DNA of 57,549 bases, counting the filler. It is 5 parts of 5 records of this genome, joined end to end, with 100 filler letters (N's around TTAATTAATTAA, not from the genome) between each part and the next. Parts side by side here need not be neighbours in the genome. Positions count along the whole stretch, not along the records: positions 34,937 to 45,792 come from SRR20825019_3155; positions 45,893 to 57,549 come from SRR20825019_3162; 3 more parts are not named here. One strand, written 5' to 3'. Of the stretch, positions 42,288-53,329 are shown piece after piece. Both the position numbers and the translations under genes were made by a program. Position 1 is the stretch's first letter. Every line of letters begins with the position of its first letter. The notes under the pieces are model-generated. The model worked only from the letters and a program-made list of their open reading frames with translations, was not told the origin of the DNA and did no database searches.

Positions 42288-42749
42288 TCAGAACGCTTTC
42301 TTGAGGTTACTCATGTAGGTATCGACCAGGCTGTTGAACTCGTGCTTGATCACGGGGCTGATGGCCAGTTTCAACAGGCTCGGCAGCGGAACGGTCAACT
42401 CGGCGCTGGTCTGGAATTTCACTGAAGTAGTGTTGTCGTCTTTCTTCTTGAGGGTCCAGGAGCCTTTTACCACACCGTTACCCTCGCCTTTCACCGGCTC
42501 CCAGGTAATCCTGCCGTTGTCCTTGTCCGCGAAGTATTTGCACGCGTATACAGACTGGATGGCATGCTTGTCCACGCCCACCTTTTCCATTTCCCAGCGA
42601 TAGGCGTTGTCGCCCAGATCCACCAGGTTATGCACCTTGGGAAAATGGCTGGCCGATGCGGGCACGTCCGCCAGCAGCTCGAATACTTCGTCATATCCGG
42701 CGGGCAGATCCAGTTCCCGGTTAAGCTCAATAGAGACAGTAATAGCCAC
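42288..42749 (-). CDS. SRPBCC/CoxG (START-like) family protein
   Basis: 153 aa with a GTG start. VFELLADVP...HFP, a beta-rich core and a C-terminal helix. Confidence 0.75.
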   Translation of the reverse strand: MAITVSIELNRELDLPAGYDEVFELLADVPASASHFPKVHNLVDLGDNAYRWEMEKVGVDKHAIQSVYACKYFADKDNGRITWEPVKGEGNGVVKGSWTLKKKDDNTTSVKFQTSAELTVPLPSLLKLAISPVIKHEFNSLVDTYMSNLKKAF

Positions 42750-42934
42750 TGTTTACTCCTTTTTATCGTTGTAAGACGCGCTTTATATCGTTGTGTAGAA
42801 ATAAGGTGCCTATTTTGGCTGATCACTAACGTATTGTCATACACTCAGGCTTTTATTTTGTTACCCCTGGGTTATCCTTGGGCTAATCACAAGCCCAGTT
42901 ACCGGACACGAATTATCGGAAGGACGCCAAAATC

Positions 42935-45136
42935 ATGAAAGCTGTTCGCTATGTGGCTCTTGCCATCGTTGGCCTGCTCATTCTTGCCGTTGCCGCCGTC
43001 GCTATCGCGGTCGCCGTTATTGACCCAAACACCTACAAGCCACAGATTGAGAAAGTGGTCGAAAGTAAGACCAATCTGGACCTGATACTGGCCGGGGATA
43101 TTGGCTGGTCTTTCATCCCACTAGGCCTGGAACTGAACGACGTTGAGGCCACCCTGGAAGACGAACGCCTGGTCAAGCTTGACCAACTGGTGGCTCAGGT
43201 CAGCTTCTGGTCCCTGATAACCATGTCGCCCCGGGTGGATACTTTCCTGTTGAGCGGGCTGGACGCCAACCTGTCCGTTGATGCCAACGGCACCGGTAAC
43301 TGGACCCGCATCATGCCGGAAGGGGAAGAACAGCCGCAGCAGGAAGAACCCGCCGCGCCAGCCGAAACCGCTGAAGAACAGCCAGAGAGCAGCGGCGCCA
43401 GCGAGCCCTTGAACTTCAACGTAGAGAGCGTGGAAATCAGCAACGCCCGCGTTCATTACGAAGACAAGGGCACGGGCCAGGCATTTACCCTGGAAGATTT
43501 CACCGTAAACGCCAGCGAGATCACCCTGGGTTCAAGCTTCCCATTGGACGTCTCGTTCCGCTTCGCCACCAACCAGCCGCAGTTTGAAGTTCAGGGCGAC
43601 ATCAGTGCCCGCCTGGCCGCCAATGAAGCGTTAAACGAATTTGGCGTGTCCGACCTGGAAGCCATCTTCGACATGAACGGCGAGCCTTTTGGCGGCGAAT
43701 CCGTTCGCGCCGAAATAGCTGGCTCCCTGGAAGCCAATCTGGAAAACGAAACCGCCACGCTTAATGGGTTTACCGCCAGCCTGGCCGACCTGACGCTCAA
43801 CACAGACCTGACGGTGAACGGCTTTGGCGACAAGCCGAAACTCGAAGGCAGCCTCAGCATTGACGAATTTTCCCTCAAAGCGCTTCTGGCGGCCCTTGGC
43901 CAACCCGCCATCGAAACAGAAGACCCTGACGTCATGAAGGCCATCGCTTTCTCCACCAACATCGGTGGCCCCGCCGGCACCGTGGAACTCAGCGACCTGA
44001 CCATCAGCCTGGACGATACCACCTTCCAGGGCAGTGCCAGTTACGCCCTGGCCAACAGCGGTATTGGCCTGGACTTGCAGGGCGACGCGATCAATGCCGA
44101 CCGCTATCTGCCGCCTGCCAGTGAGGAACAAACCGATGCCGCCGCCGAGGAAGCCCCGCAAGGTGGTGGCGCCCCGGCGGAAGAAGGCGACTTGCTGCCC
44201 CTGGACACACTCCGTTCGCTAGCGCTGGATATCAATCTCGGGCTGGGCGAACTGATCGTCAGTAATCTCACCATCAAGGAAATCAAATCGGTGATCACCG
44301 CACGCAATGGTGTGCTGGAAGTGCAGGACTTCAGCGGCAAACTGTACGAAGGCTCCTTCGGCGCCAAAGTGACCCTGGATGCCCGCACCGACAATCCGAA
44401 GTGGAGCATCGGTTCCAAGGTCAACAACGTACAGACGTTGCCACTGCTGACCGACCTTGCCGAAGTGGACATGCTTGCCGGTGGCGCCAACCTGTCCGTG
44501 GATGTGAATACCACAGGCAATCGCATTTCCGCCCTGCGTAGCAACGCCAAAGGCGACATCAACTTCAACCTGGCCGAGGGTGAGTTCACCCGCATGAACC
44601 TCACGCGCATGGCGTGCCAGGGCATTGCACTGGCCAACCAGGAAAGCCTCTCTACATCAGACTGGGGTACCAGCACGCCGTTCAACGACATGAAGGGCAC
44701 CCTCAAGATTGACGGCAACACCCTGAACAACACGGACCTTGTGGCTGCCCTCGCCGGCATGAGACTGGAAGGCGACGGCACGGTGGACCTGGCTGCTTCC
44801 GACCTGGATTACGAAGTTGGCCTGCGGATCGTGGGCGAGATCCACCGGGACGAAGCTTGCCGAGTGACCGAATACGTGGAAAACGTGGTGATCCCGGTTG
44901 AGTGCCGCGGCGACTTCGCGGAAGACCCGGCCGGCCTCTGCTCCTTCGACGGCTCACGCTTCCGCGACACCCTGAAGACCATTGCCGCCAACGCTGCCAA
45001 AGCCAAGGCGCGCGAAAAAGTGGACGAAGCCAAATCCAAAGCGGAAGACAAAGTCTCCGAAAAACTGAAAGAGAAGCTGGGTGAAGAGAGTGGCGAAAAG
45101 GTGAAAGACGCCCTCAAGGGCCTGTTCGGTCAATGA
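42935..45136 (+). CDS. AsmA family protein
   Basis: N-terminal anchor, DPNTYKPQI...[21 protein letters not shown] and KLYEG. Directly upstream of mutY, as in Pseudomonadales/Oceanospirillales. Confidence 0.9.
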   Translation: MKAVRYVALAIVGLLILAVAAVAIAVAVIDPNTYKPQIEKVVESKTNLDLILAGDIGWSFIPLGLELNDVEATLEDERLVKLDQLVAQVSFWSLITMSPRVDTFLLSGLDANLSVDANGTGNWTRIMPEGEEQPQQEEPAAPAETAEEQPESSGASEPLNFNVESVEISNARVHYEDKGTGQAFTLEDFTVNASEITLGSSFPLDVSFRFATNQPQFEVQGDISARLAANEALNEFGVSDLEAIFDMNGEPFGGESVRAEIAGSLEANLENETATLNGFTASLADLTLNTDLTVNGFGDKPKLEGSLSIDEFSLKALLAALGQPAIETEDPDVMKAIAFSTNIGGPAGTVELSDLTISLDDTTFQGSASYALANSGIGLDLQGDAINADRYLPPASEEQTDAAAEEAPQGGGAPAEEGDLLPLDTLRSLALDINLGLGELIVSNLTIKEIKSVITARNGVLEVQDFSGKLYEGSFGAKVTLDARTDNPKWSIGSKVNNVQTLPLLTDLAEVDMLAGGANLSVDVNTTGNRISALRSNAKGDINFNLAEGEFTRMNLTRMACQGIALANQESLSTSDWGTSTPFNDMKGTLKIDGNTLNNTDLVAALAGMRLEGDGTVDLAASDLDYEVGLRIVGEIHRDEACRVTEYVENVVIPVECRGDFAEDPAGLCSFDGSRFRDTLKTIAANAAKAKAREKVDEAKSKAEDKVSEKLKEKLGEESGEKVKDALKGLFGQ

Positions 45137-45792
45137 ACGACGGTTTTGCCCAAAAGCTTCTCGCCTGGTACGACGAAAACGGCAGGCACGACCTGCCCTG
45201 GCATCATGACCGGAACCCATACCGCGTGTGGGTTTCGGAAATCATGCTGCAGCAAACCCAGGTGACCACTGTTATCCCCTACTTCGAAGCCTTTATGCAG
45301 CGCTTTCCAGACGTGAAAGCGCTCGCTTCTGCACCGGTGGATGACGTTCTCAGCCATTGGTCCGGCCTTGGGTACTACGCCCGCGCCCGCAACCTCCAGA
45401 AAGCGGCGCAACAGGTGGCCAACGAGCACGGAGGCGAGTTTCCCGGCAACCTGGAACAACTCCAGGCCCTGCCCGGCATTGGCCGCTCCACTGCCGCGGC
45501 CATCCTTGCCCAGGCCTTCCAGCAACGGGCGGCCATACTGGATGGCAATGTAAAACGGGTGCTGGCCCGCTACCACGCCATCTCCGGCTGGCCGGGCAAA
45601 ACCGACGTGCTCAACCAACTTTGGGAGCACGCTGAAGAACACACGCCCAATGCACGCATCCGCGACTACACCCAGGCCATCATGGATCTGGGCGCCATGG
45701 TCTGCACCCGCAGCCGTCCAGCGTGCGACAGCTGCCCACTACAGAACGGGTGCGACGCCTATGCCAACAACGAAACCAGCCTCTACCCCGGC
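45133..45792 (+). CDS. mutY: A/G-specific adenine glycosylase, 3'-truncated
   Basis: [26 protein letters not shown], Hh[17 protein letters not shown] and Fe-S Cys cluster. Confidence 0.97.
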
Positions 45793-45892
45793 NNNNNNNN
45801 NNNNNNNNNNNNNNNNNNNNNNNNNNNNNNNNNNNNTTAATTAATTAANNNNNNNNNNNNNNNNNNNNNNNNNNNNNNNNNNNNNNNNNNNN
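45793..45892. other. Artificial contig spacer
   Basis: 44 N + TTAATTAATTAA + 44 N. Confidence 0.99.
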
Positions 45893-46073
45893 CCAGAGCT
45901 TCGGTCACGGCGAAGCCGAAGATCAGGTTACCGAACTGGCTCGGAGCAGCCGACGGGTTGCGCAGGGCACCCGAGAGGAAGTTGCCGAAGATGTTGGCCA
46001 CGCCCAGGGCGGCACCAGCCATACCGAAGGTGGCAATACCAGCACCGATGTACTTTGCGGCTTCAGCTTCCAT
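45893..46073 (-). CDS. atpE: F0F1 ATP synthase subunit c, 3'-truncated
   Basis: [12 protein letters not shown]...ALRNPSAA...FAVTEAL. Confidence 0.97.
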
Positions 46074-46132
46074 TTTTATGTCCTTTCAAGCGACTTTTGG
46101 GTTCCGGTGGGTCATCCACCGGGAATGGGTGG

Positions 46133-46912
46133 TTAGTGGGACGGGTGGATCGCGTCGTTGAGATACATGCAGGTCAGGACCGCGAAGACATAGGCCTGAA
46201 CTGCACCGACGAGAAACTCGAGGCCCGTAAGGGCGATTGCCATCAGCATGGGCAGGATAGCGGCGGCCCAGCCGAAAGCGCCAAGGCCCGCAATCATCAT
46301 GACCGCAAAGCCGGTGAAGACCTTGAGGGTGATGTGGCCGGCAAGAATGTTGCCGAACAGACGAACCGAGAGGCTGATGGGACGCGAGAGGAAGGAAATG
46401 ACCTCGATCGGCGTCACGATGGGGAGAATATAGCCCGGCACACCAGCAGGTACGAAGAGCTTGAGGAACTTGGGGCCGTTCTTGACGAAGCCGTAGATGA
46501 TGACGGTGAGGAACACCAGCATCGACAGGGCGAAGGTAACGATGATGTGGCTGGTGACGGTGAAGAAATACGGCACCATGCCGAACATGTTGGCCGCAAA
46601 GATGAAGGTGAACAGGCTGAATACCAGCGGGAAGAACTTCATGCCGGCGGTGCCGGCGGAGCTTCGGACCATGCCCGCCACGAACTCGTATAACAGCTCG
46701 GCGGTCAATTGGGCGCGGGTCGGGACCAGCTTCTTGCCCGATGTGGTGAGCAGCAGGAACAGGGCGATCGTGGCCACCGTCAGCACCATGAACAGGGCCG
46801 AATTGGTGAAGGCAAACGTCGTGCCCGACCCTTCGGTGCCGTCACCGCCAACGGTAAACAGCTCGAAGATGTCATAGATGACAAACTGGTGGATCGGGTC
46901 AGTACCGGCCAT
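46133..46912 (-). CDS. atpB: F0F1 ATP synthase subunit a
   Basis: [28 protein letters not shown] and QAYVF...YLNDA. Confidence 0.98.
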   Translation of the reverse strand: MAGTDPIHQFVIYDIFELFTVGGDGTEGSGTTFAFTNSALFMVLTVATIALFLLLTTSGKKLVPTRAQLTAELLYEFVAGMVRSSAGTAGMKFFPLVFSLFTFIFAANMFGMVPYFFTVTSHIIVTFALSMLVFLTVIIYGFVKNGPKFLKLFVPAGVPGYILPIVTPIEVISFLSRPISLSVRLFGNILAGHITLKVFTGFAVMMIAGLGAFGWAAAILPMLMAIALTGLEFLVGAVQAYVFAVLTCMYLNDAIHPSH

Positions 46913-46930
46913 GGAGCCCTCTAAGCGTCA

Positions 46931-47326
46931 TCAATTCTCATTCCGCTCTTCGTCTTCCACCTCGGGGCCAAGATCGGCACCCTTGGGGGCAGGCGAGGCG
47001 GCATTCATTTCCGCCACCACTCGGATGACGTTCAGGATTCCAGCGGCAAAGCCCATCAGCAGCAGGATGAGCAAGCCCCAGGGGCTGGTTCCCAGGCCAA
47101 GGTCGATGAGATAGCCGAGACCGGCGCCCACCAGGACCGCGGCGATGAATTCGGTGCCGATGCGCATGCCGCGCGCCATACCGCTCATCTCCGGGGAAGC
47201 ATCTCGAGCGGATCTGTTGTCCTCCCGGTCGCGCTCCCGCTTGGCGGAGGCGATACGCGATGCAAGATCGTGCGTCACCCCCCGGGCGCTGTCTGGTCGG
47301 CCCTGGTCGTCTGGCGAACTGGTCAT
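46931..47326 (-). CDS. atpI: AtpZ/AtpI family protein
   Basis: Two TM helices, GYLIDLGLGTSPWGL...GFAAGILNV. Upstream of atpB. ATG at 47326 follows AGGGAG. Confidence 0.88.
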   Translation of the reverse strand: MTSSPDDQGRPDSARGVTHDLASRIASAKRERDREDNRSARDASPEMSGMARGMRIGTEFIAAVLVGAGLGYLIDLGLGTSPWGLLILLLMGFAAGILNVIRVVAEMNAASPAPKGADLGPEVEDEERNEN

Positions 47327-47692
47327 CCGCTGCTCCCTTTGGCCGGCCATTTTCCGGAAATTCCGGACGCCCTTTTAAGTCGCGCGCAACATAGTGGTGG
47401 CCCCAATTGGTGTCAAGGCGCGCGCGGCTTGTGTAAGTCTCTGTTTTAACAAGACGATTTGGTGTGCGACGGGGGTGCGGCATGCTGTCCACACCGCGAT
47501 GATGGCAGAGTCAGGGCAGGGTGGGGGGATTCTGCACTTGAACAACTCGGTACCGAGCGCGAATGCCAACCTGCCTGCCACGCTGTTTGGGGGCACGAGA
47601 GGGTTCGCTGAGAAGAGTTTGGCGCCATGATCCTGGCAACAGAAGTGGTCAGTCAAACTCGGACTTGGATCAAAGAGTCGCGACGGTATCGC

Positions 47693-48811
47693 TCATGGGC
47701 AGCCCGCCAACATTCGCTCCGTCGGAGTCATTAGGTAACAGGCGTTGTCGATCGCCTGCCGTCCCATCGCCGTGGCATCCACGGAATCCACCGCGCCCGA
47801 CGAGCCGCTTTCACCTATATCTATTGCGAATGCGAGCACGACCAAGCCAGCCAGGCCGTAGATCCAAACTTCTTCGGCACTGACGTTCACTTCCCGCTTT
47901 GGCTCAACGCCCCAGCTGGCCCGCTCAGCCAGCTGCATTTCGGCTTCCCGGCTCCCCAACTCCTTGGCCTTGCCGTACCAGAATTCGGCCATTTGATAGT
48001 CTATGGTAAATCCACCACCGCCCGTCTTGTAGTGAACGCCAAGCATTTCTTGGGCCCCTCTGCTGCCGTTCACCGCCGCCAGCAGTACCAGCCGGCCATA
48101 ATCTTGCTCGTTGGCTGCGCCAAACATGCCGCTGCGATACAATCGCGCGATATCGTACTGGGCGTTCGCAATGCCCCCTGTCGCGGCTTTCATCAGCCAG
48201 GCATTCGATTCCTCCGTGTATTCCCCTTGCCCGGTGAAAAATGACAGCAGGTAAGCAGAACTTGCGTCGCCAGCCATGGCGGCTTTCTCGATATATTCGA
48301 CTCCCAGATCATTGTTTTTTTGAAAGTCGATGGAGGCAATTCTGGCCGACCTCGAGGGTCCCTCGCGAAGGAGGTTGCCATAAAGCCCCATGGCGCCCGG
48401 ATGGCCAGTTTCGGCCAGTGCCTGCAGACGCGTGATAGCACGCTGGATTTCCTGAGCATCCTCGGAGCGGCTGGCGATATAGAATGCAGCATTGGCTTCG
48501 GCCGCCTGGTTCCCCGCTGCCGCGGCCTTGCCGAACCAGCGCTGCGCCTCGACATCGTCTTTTGGCGCGTACCAACCTTTCCGGAACAGGCCGGCCAACT
48601 CAAATTGAGCGTCGGTGTCTCCGCTGACGGCCCGGCGACAAAGTTCACCAATAAGCGCCGGCGCGCCGTCGGACAGCACCGCCCCGGCCTCTGCTTTCAA
48701 TTGCACCAGATGTGCATCGATCTGGACGCAGGCTTCGTCCCCTCGGACAGGGACAATACACAGACAGGCGAGCAGTATACTCGCGGAGACGGCAGCCGAC
48801 AGCTTGCGCAA
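47693..48811 (-). CDS. Sel1-like repeat protein with signal peptide and C-terminal TM helix
   Basis: Repeats AQFELAGLF..G....D...A.RWF.KAA, AQYDIARLY and AQEMLGVHY..G....D...A.FWY.KA. Hydrophobic N-terminus and VWIYGLAGLVVLAFAI. Confidence 0.8.
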   Translation of the reverse strand: MRKLSAAVSASILLACLCIVPVRGDEACVQIDAHLVQLKAEAGAVLSDGAPALIGELCRRAVSGDTDAQFELAGLFRKGWYAPKDDVEAQRWFGKAAAAGNQAAEANAAFYIASRSEDAQEIQRAITRLQALAETGHPGAMGLYGNLLREGPSRSARIASIDFQKNNDLGVEYIEKAAMAGDASSAYLLSFFTGQGEYTEESNAWLMKAATGGIANAQYDIARLYRSGMFGAANEQDYGRLVLLAAVNGSRGAQEMLGVHYKTGGGGFTIDYQMAEFWYGKAKELGSREAEMQLAERASWGVEPKREVNVSAEEVWIYGLAGLVVLAFAIDIGESGSSGAVDSVDATAMGRQAIDNACYLMTPTERMLAGCP

Positions 48812-48976
48812 GTCACAGACCTCTCAGGTTCCAGCCTGACGGACCCGCGTCCCTGGCTGCACAGAAGCCTCTTGAACTTCCAGGGCCATTTATCCCACGA
48901 GTGCCACCAGTCGGCAATTCGAATCGACGGTTAACGCAGGGCGGGGGTCAAACGTAGCCACAGCCTCGATGGGCGA

Positions 48977-51900
48977 TCACACCGCCTCACGAAAACTCTC
49001 TGCCGTCGTCAAATCCACCGAGACGAGTTGTGATACACCCCGCTCGGCCATGGTGACGCCGAACAGGCGGTCCACCCGGCTCATGGTGATCGGGTTGTGG
49101 GTGATGACCATGAAGCGGGTATTGGTGCGCTGGCGCATCGAATCGAGCAGGTTGCAGAAGCGCTCGACATTGGCGTCGTCGAGTGGGGCATCCACCTCGT
49201 CGAGCACGCAGATCGGCGCCGGATTGGTCAGGAACACCGCGAAGATAAGCGACATCGCGGTCAGAGCCTGCTCGCCGCCTGAGAGCAGGGTCATGGTCTG
49301 CGGCTTCTTGCCGGGTGGGCGGGCGATGATCTCCAGACCGGCTTCAAGCGGATCATCGCTTTCCACGAAACTCAGCTCGGCCGTGCCGCCGCCGAACAGG
49401 GTGGTGAACAGCTCCTGGAAATGCGCATTGACCTTGCCGAAGGCTTCGTTGAGGCGGGCCCGGCCTTCGCGGTTGAGCGCGGCAATACCGCCGCGCAGCT
49501 TGGCGATGGCCTCAATGATGTCGTCGCGGTCGCGCACCATTGTATCGAGTTTTTCCTGGACCTCCTCGGCTTCTTTTTCCGCCGACAGATTGACCCCGCC
49601 CAGCCGCTCGCGCTCGGCCTTGAGCCGGTCAAGCTTCTGCTCGGTGGCATGCTCATTGGGCAGCGCTTCGGCGGGGCGGATGCCGGAGGCTTCGAGCGTT
49701 TTCGATGCCGGAATACCCAGCGATTCCTCGACCTGGCGTTCGATCTGCTGACGCTGGGCGATGGAACCCTTCAACCGCTCCTCGATGCGGGTCAATTCGA
49801 TGCGAACTGCATTGAGCGTATCGCCGGCGGACTTGAGGGCCTTTTCGGCATCGCGCCAGGCAGTCTGGGCCGCGCTCAGGCGGTCGCCGGCGGCCTTGTG
49901 GTCGCCCTGTGCGGTTTCGATCTGGTCGTCCAATTGTGCCTTGCGGCTCTCGAAGCCCTCCGGCGCTTCGGCCAGATTGGTAAGCTGGGCCTGAACTTCG
50001 GCCATGCGCTGGTCGAGCGTGGTCAATTGCCCTTGCGCGCCATCGCGGCGGCGTTGCCAGGCAACGCTGTCCCGCTCGAGCTGGTCCAGCCGCGCGGCCC
50101 GCATGCGCGCCGCCGATTCCACCGTGCTGAGCTTGAGGCGCGCCTGGTCGGCCTTGTCGCGCAGGGCAGTCAGCTTTTGCTGGCCTGCTGCGGCGGCGGC
50201 CGCCATTTCGGTTTCGTCGCCCGCTTCGGCCAGCGAGGCCTCGGCCTCCGCCAGCATGGTCTCGGCCTCGGTGACGCTGGCGGCAAGCCGGGCCTGCGCT
50301 TCTTCAAGGGTCGAACGGCGGGTGGCCAGATCGCCCATGGCGCGCTGCGCCTTGTCGAGTTCGGCCTGGGCCGCGCCGATCGCGTGCTGGGCCTTGCGCC
50401 AGTCTTCGCGGCAGGTGCGCTCGCTCTGGCGAGCCGTGTCGAGTTCGCTCACCAGCGCATCGACATCCCGGCGCCAGCTATTGCGCTCGCCCTTGGCGCG
50501 CAGGATTTCCTCGTCGAGCTCGGCCAGGCGATTGCGCTGGGCCAGGCGCTGCGCGGCGGCACTCGGGGCATCGGCGGCGGCAACGAAACCGTCCCACCGC
50601 CAAAGCGCACCGTCCAGTGTCACCAAGCGCTGGCCGGGCTTGAGCGCCTTCATCAGCCCCGGCCCGTCGACCGCATCGACCAGACCGATCTGATCCAGCC
50701 GGCGCTTGAGCAATTCGGTGCCGGTGACATGGCGCGACAGCGGTTCGGCACCCTGCGGCAGGGCCGGGTCGTCATAGCCATCGATGGCGATGGACCAATG
50801 CATCGGCGCCCCGGCATCGGACGATGCCTCCAGATCATCGCCGAGCGCGGCGCCCAGCGCGGTTTCATAGCCCGGCTCGACCGAAAGTTCGTCGACGACG
50901 GCAGGCCAGAGGCTGGCGCCGGTATTGAGCATCTTGCCCAGGGTCGAGGCCTCGGCCTCAAGCCGGGTCACCAGCGCATCGAGTTCGGACAGGCGCGGAC
51001 GGGCCGCGTCGAGCTTGGCCTGCGCAGCGCCGGAGGCCTCCTCGGCAGCGAGCGCGGCGGTCTCTGCTGTCGCAGTGGCGGCCTGCGCCGCTTCGAGCGC
51101 GGCGCGCCGGGCAGCAAGCGTTTCGTCGGCTTCGAGCGCCGCAATGACGCGGGCCTGATCGGCTTCGACCTCGGCCAGTTGCTGGGCCAGCCGGGCGCGG
51201 CGGTTGCGGGCGTCGCTGAGATTGCGTTCGACCTGGGCGCGGCGGGCACGCATTTGCGCCAGGGCATCGGCGGCCTCGCGCGTGGCGGCGTCCGCTTCGG
51301 TAACGGCGGCTTTTGCGGCGTCGGCCTCAACGCGGGCGGTGTCGAACGCGGCCTGCGCGGCCTGCTGTTCGGCACTGAGCTGCGCCTGCTCCTCGGCATA
51401 AGCGGCCAGGGTCACCTCGGCCTCACCGACCAGCTCGCGTTCGCGGGTGCCGTCCGCCGCAATCTGGCGCAGCCTATCCTCGAGCTCGGCCCGGCGCTGG
51501 CCCATGCGGCGCGCTTCCTCGGCCAATTGCTCGCGCAGGATCGTATAGCGCTGCAAGACCGCCCCGGTGACTGCTTCACGCTCGCGCAGCGGCGTCAGTG
51601 CGGCTTCTGACGTTTCGACAGATTTTTGCGCATTGAGCTCGGCATGGGTCGCATCGGCCAATTGCCGGATCAGCACGGCCTGGGCCGCTTCGGTTTCCTT
51701 TTCCGCAGCGCGCGTGGCAACCCAGCGAATGTGAAACAGGGTCGCTTCGGCGCGGCGAATGTCGCCGGACAGGCCGCGATAGCGATTGGCCAGCCGCGCC
51801 TGGCGCCTGAGGGTTTCGAGCTGGCTGTCCACCTGGGCGATCACATCATCGACCCGTTCGAGATTGCCTTCGGCTGCGCGCAGGCGCAATTCGGCCTCAT

Positions 51901-52432
51901 GGCGGCGGGAATGGAGACCCGAAATGCCGGCCGCTTCTTCGAGCAGGGCACGGCGGGCGGTGGGTTTTGCCGCGATCAACTCGCCAATCTGTCCCTGCCG
52001 CACCATGGCGGGCGAATGGGCGCCGGTCGAGGCGTCGGCAAACAGCAATTGCACGTCGCGGGCGCGCACTTCCTTGCCATTGACGCGATAGACCGAGCCT
52101 GACTCGCGCTCGATCCGGCGCGTGACTTCGAGCACGTCGGCGTTGTTGAGCACAGCCGGGGCGGTGCGGTCGGAGTTGTCGAGGATAAGGGTGACTTCGG
52201 CGCTGTTCCGCGCCGGGCGATTGCCGGAGCCGGAAAAGATGACATCGTCCATGCCCGAGGCGCGCATGGCCTTGTATGAGCTTTCGCCCATGACCCAGCG
52301 CATGGCCTCGACCAGATTGGACTTGCCACAGCCATTGGGCCCGACAATGCCGGTCAGGCCGGGCTCCATGACGAGCACAGTCTCATCGGAAAACGATTTG
52401 AAGCCGTGCAGCTTGAGGCGGGAGAACTTCAT
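48977..52432 (-). CDS. smc: Chromosome segregation protein SMC
   Basis: GFKSF, Walker A GPNGCGKSN, long coiled coils with a hinge, LSGGEQ and LDEVDAPLD. Confidence 0.98.
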   Translation of the reverse strand: MKFSRLKLHGFKSFSDETVLVMEPGLTGIVGPNGCGKSNLVEAMRWVMGESSYKAMRASGMDDVIFSGSGNRPARNSAEVTLILDNSDRTAPAVLNNADVLEVTRRIERESGSVYRVNGKEVRARDVQLLFADASTGAHSPAMVRQGQIGELIAAKPTARRALLEEAAGISGLHSRRHEAELRLRAAEGNLERVDDVIAQVDSQLETLRRQARLANRYRGLSGDIRRAEATLFHIRWVATRAAEKETEAAQAVLIRQLADATHAELNAQKSVETSEAALTPLREREAVTGAVLQRYTILREQLAEEARRMGQRRAELEDRLRQIAADGTRERELVGEAEVTLAAYAEEQAQLSAEQQAAQAAFDTARVEADAAKAAVTEADAATREAADALAQMRARRAQVERNLSDARNRRARLAQQLAEVEADQARVIAALEADETLAARRAALEAAQAATATAETAALAAEEASGAAQAKLDAARPRLSELDALVTRLEAEASTLGKMLNTGASLWPAVVDELSVEPGYETALGAALGDDLEASSDAGAPMHWSIAIDGYDDPALPQGAEPLSRHVTGTELLKRRLDQIGLVDAVDGPGLMKALKPGQRLVTLDGALWRWDGFVAAADAPSAAAQRLAQRNRLAELDEEILRAKGERNSWRRDVDALVSELDTARQSERTCREDWRKAQHAIGAAQAELDKAQRAMGDLATRRSTLEEAQARLAASVTEAETMLAEAEASLAEAGDETEMAAAAAAGQQKLTALRDKADQARLKLSTVESAARMRAARLDQLERDSVAWQRRRDGAQGQLTTLDQRMAEVQAQLTNLAEAPEGFESRKAQLDDQIETAQGDHKAAGDRLSAAQTAWRDAEKALKSAGDTLNAVRIELTRIEERLKGSIAQRQQIERQVEESLGIPASKTLEASGIRPAEALPNEHATEQKLDRLKAERERLGGVNLSAEKEAEEVQEKLDTMVRDRDDIIEAIAKLRGGIAALNREGRARLNEAFGKVNAHFQELFTTLFGGGTAELSFVESDDPLEAGLEIIARPPGKKPQTMTLLSGGEQALTAMSLIFAVFLTNPAPICVLDEVDAPLDDANVERFCNLLDSMRQRTNTRFMVITHNPITMSRVDRLFGVTMAERGVSQLVSVDLTTAESFREAV

Positions 52433-52456
52433 GAGTCCACCCGCCTGAAGGCAAGA

Positions 52457-53236
52457 TTAGTTGGCAGGTGCCATCGCGTCGGCTGCGGGTGCCATTGCAT
52501 CAGCCGCGGGCGCCATTGCATCGGCTGCCGGGGCCATGGCGTCAGAGGCAGGGGCCATTGCATCTGTAGCGGCCGGGGCAACGAAATCGGCAGGCACAAG
52601 CGGGTCGATCTCGGCAGCGAGCTGCTCGAGTGTCTTGCCTCCCGAAAGCGTCTTGCCATTGACATAGAAGGTTGGTGTCCCCGTCAGCCCGAACGCATCC
52701 AGAGCCTGCTCGCGCTGGGCTTCAATCCCGGTGAAGACCTCCTGATTCGTCAAGGCGGCCGAGAAGCTTTCCTCTGTAAAACCGAGCTGCTGGGCCACCG
52801 TGAAGATGGCGTCGCGCGGCTTGTCGGACATGCCCCACTCGTTCTGGGTCTTGAAATAGGTGGCGATCACATTGTGATAGTTCTCTTCCCCGGCCGCCTC
52901 GGCGAGCAGGAAGATGGCCGCATCCAGCGCATTGCGCGCGAAGGGGCGGACAATGAACTTGACCTTGCCGGTCTCGACATAGGCCTCCTTGAACGGCTCG
53001 TAGACCGTGTTGTGGAAGGAAGCGCAATGCGGGCAGGTCGGCGAGGCATATTCAATGACCGTGACAGGTGCATCGGCATTGCCTTCAACCTTGTCCGTGA
53101 GGCCACCAGCCGGCGCCATCAACGCAGCCTCATCGATCATGTCGCCTTCAGCAGCCTGCGATGCCGAAATGCCCGAAAGGCTCACCGCCGAAGCGGCAGC
53201 AGCCAGGATGATTGTTTCGCGGCGGTTGAATTTCAC
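52457..53236 (-). CDS. DsbA family thiol-disulfide oxidoreductase with Tat-like signal and repetitive C-tail
   Basis: MKFNRRETII twin-arginine N-terminus, EYASPTCPHC and GTPTF. Confidence 0.92.
   Translation of the reverse strand: MKFNRRETIILAAAASAVSLSGISASQAAEGDMIDEAALMAPAGGLTDKVEGNADAPVTVIEYASPTCPHCASFHNTVYEPFKEAYVETGKVKFIVRPFARNALDAAIFLLAEAAGEENYHNVIATYFKTQNEWGMSDKPRDAIFTVAQQLGFTEESFSAALTNQEVFTGIEAQREQALDAFGLTGTPTFYVNGKTLSGGKTLEQLAAEIDPLVPADFVAPAATDAMAPASDAMAPAADAMAPAADAMAPAADAMAPAN
52460..52579 (-). repeat. Coding 21-nt imperfect tandem repeat, (DAMAPAA) x5
   Basis: The protein ends APAATDAMAPASDAMAPAADAMAPAADAMAPAADAMAPAN. Confidence 0.92.
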
Positions 53237-53329
53237 GTCTCAGGCTCCTGAAAATTTTTTGCTGGGCGACACTACACATGGGGATGGTGTCGGCAAGTGG
53301 GCACGCTCATCACTTGGGGGTGAACGGCA

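Noticed and set aside
34937-45792. Marinobacter-like contig searched for novelty
   Set aside because: The gene order gpmI-envC-ctpA-yibQ / hisBHAF / asmA-mutY is ordinary housekeeping synteny, with no unexplained intergenic structure.
10963-45892. Four identical N-flanked TTAATTAATTAA elements, and bacterial genes next to eukaryotic genes
   Set aside because: These are artificial concatenation spacers. Adjacency across them is not biological and is not evidence of horizontal transfer.
48780-48850. Glycine-riboswitch-like words (GGAGA...GCCGA...GCAA...CTCTCAGG)
   Set aside because: The core GAAG pairing is missing, it is antisense to the flanking genes, it overlaps the Sel1 start, and no glycine-metabolism gene lies downstream.
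50-51610. Long antisense ORFs (e.g. 50-1270, 6046-7779, 8795-9952, 49421-51610)
   Set aside because: Shadow ORFs opposite well-supported genes in high-GC DNA, with no family motifs.
48977-52432. SMC-family ATPase as a possible Wadjet/Lamassu-type defence component
   Set aside because: It is a canonical housekeeping Smc in the usual DUF721-dsbA-smc context, with no nuclease or effector partners.
23014-52579. Short tandem repeats as possible CRISPR arrays
   Set aside because: They are 12- or 21-nt head-to-tail units without spacers, and no cas genes are present.
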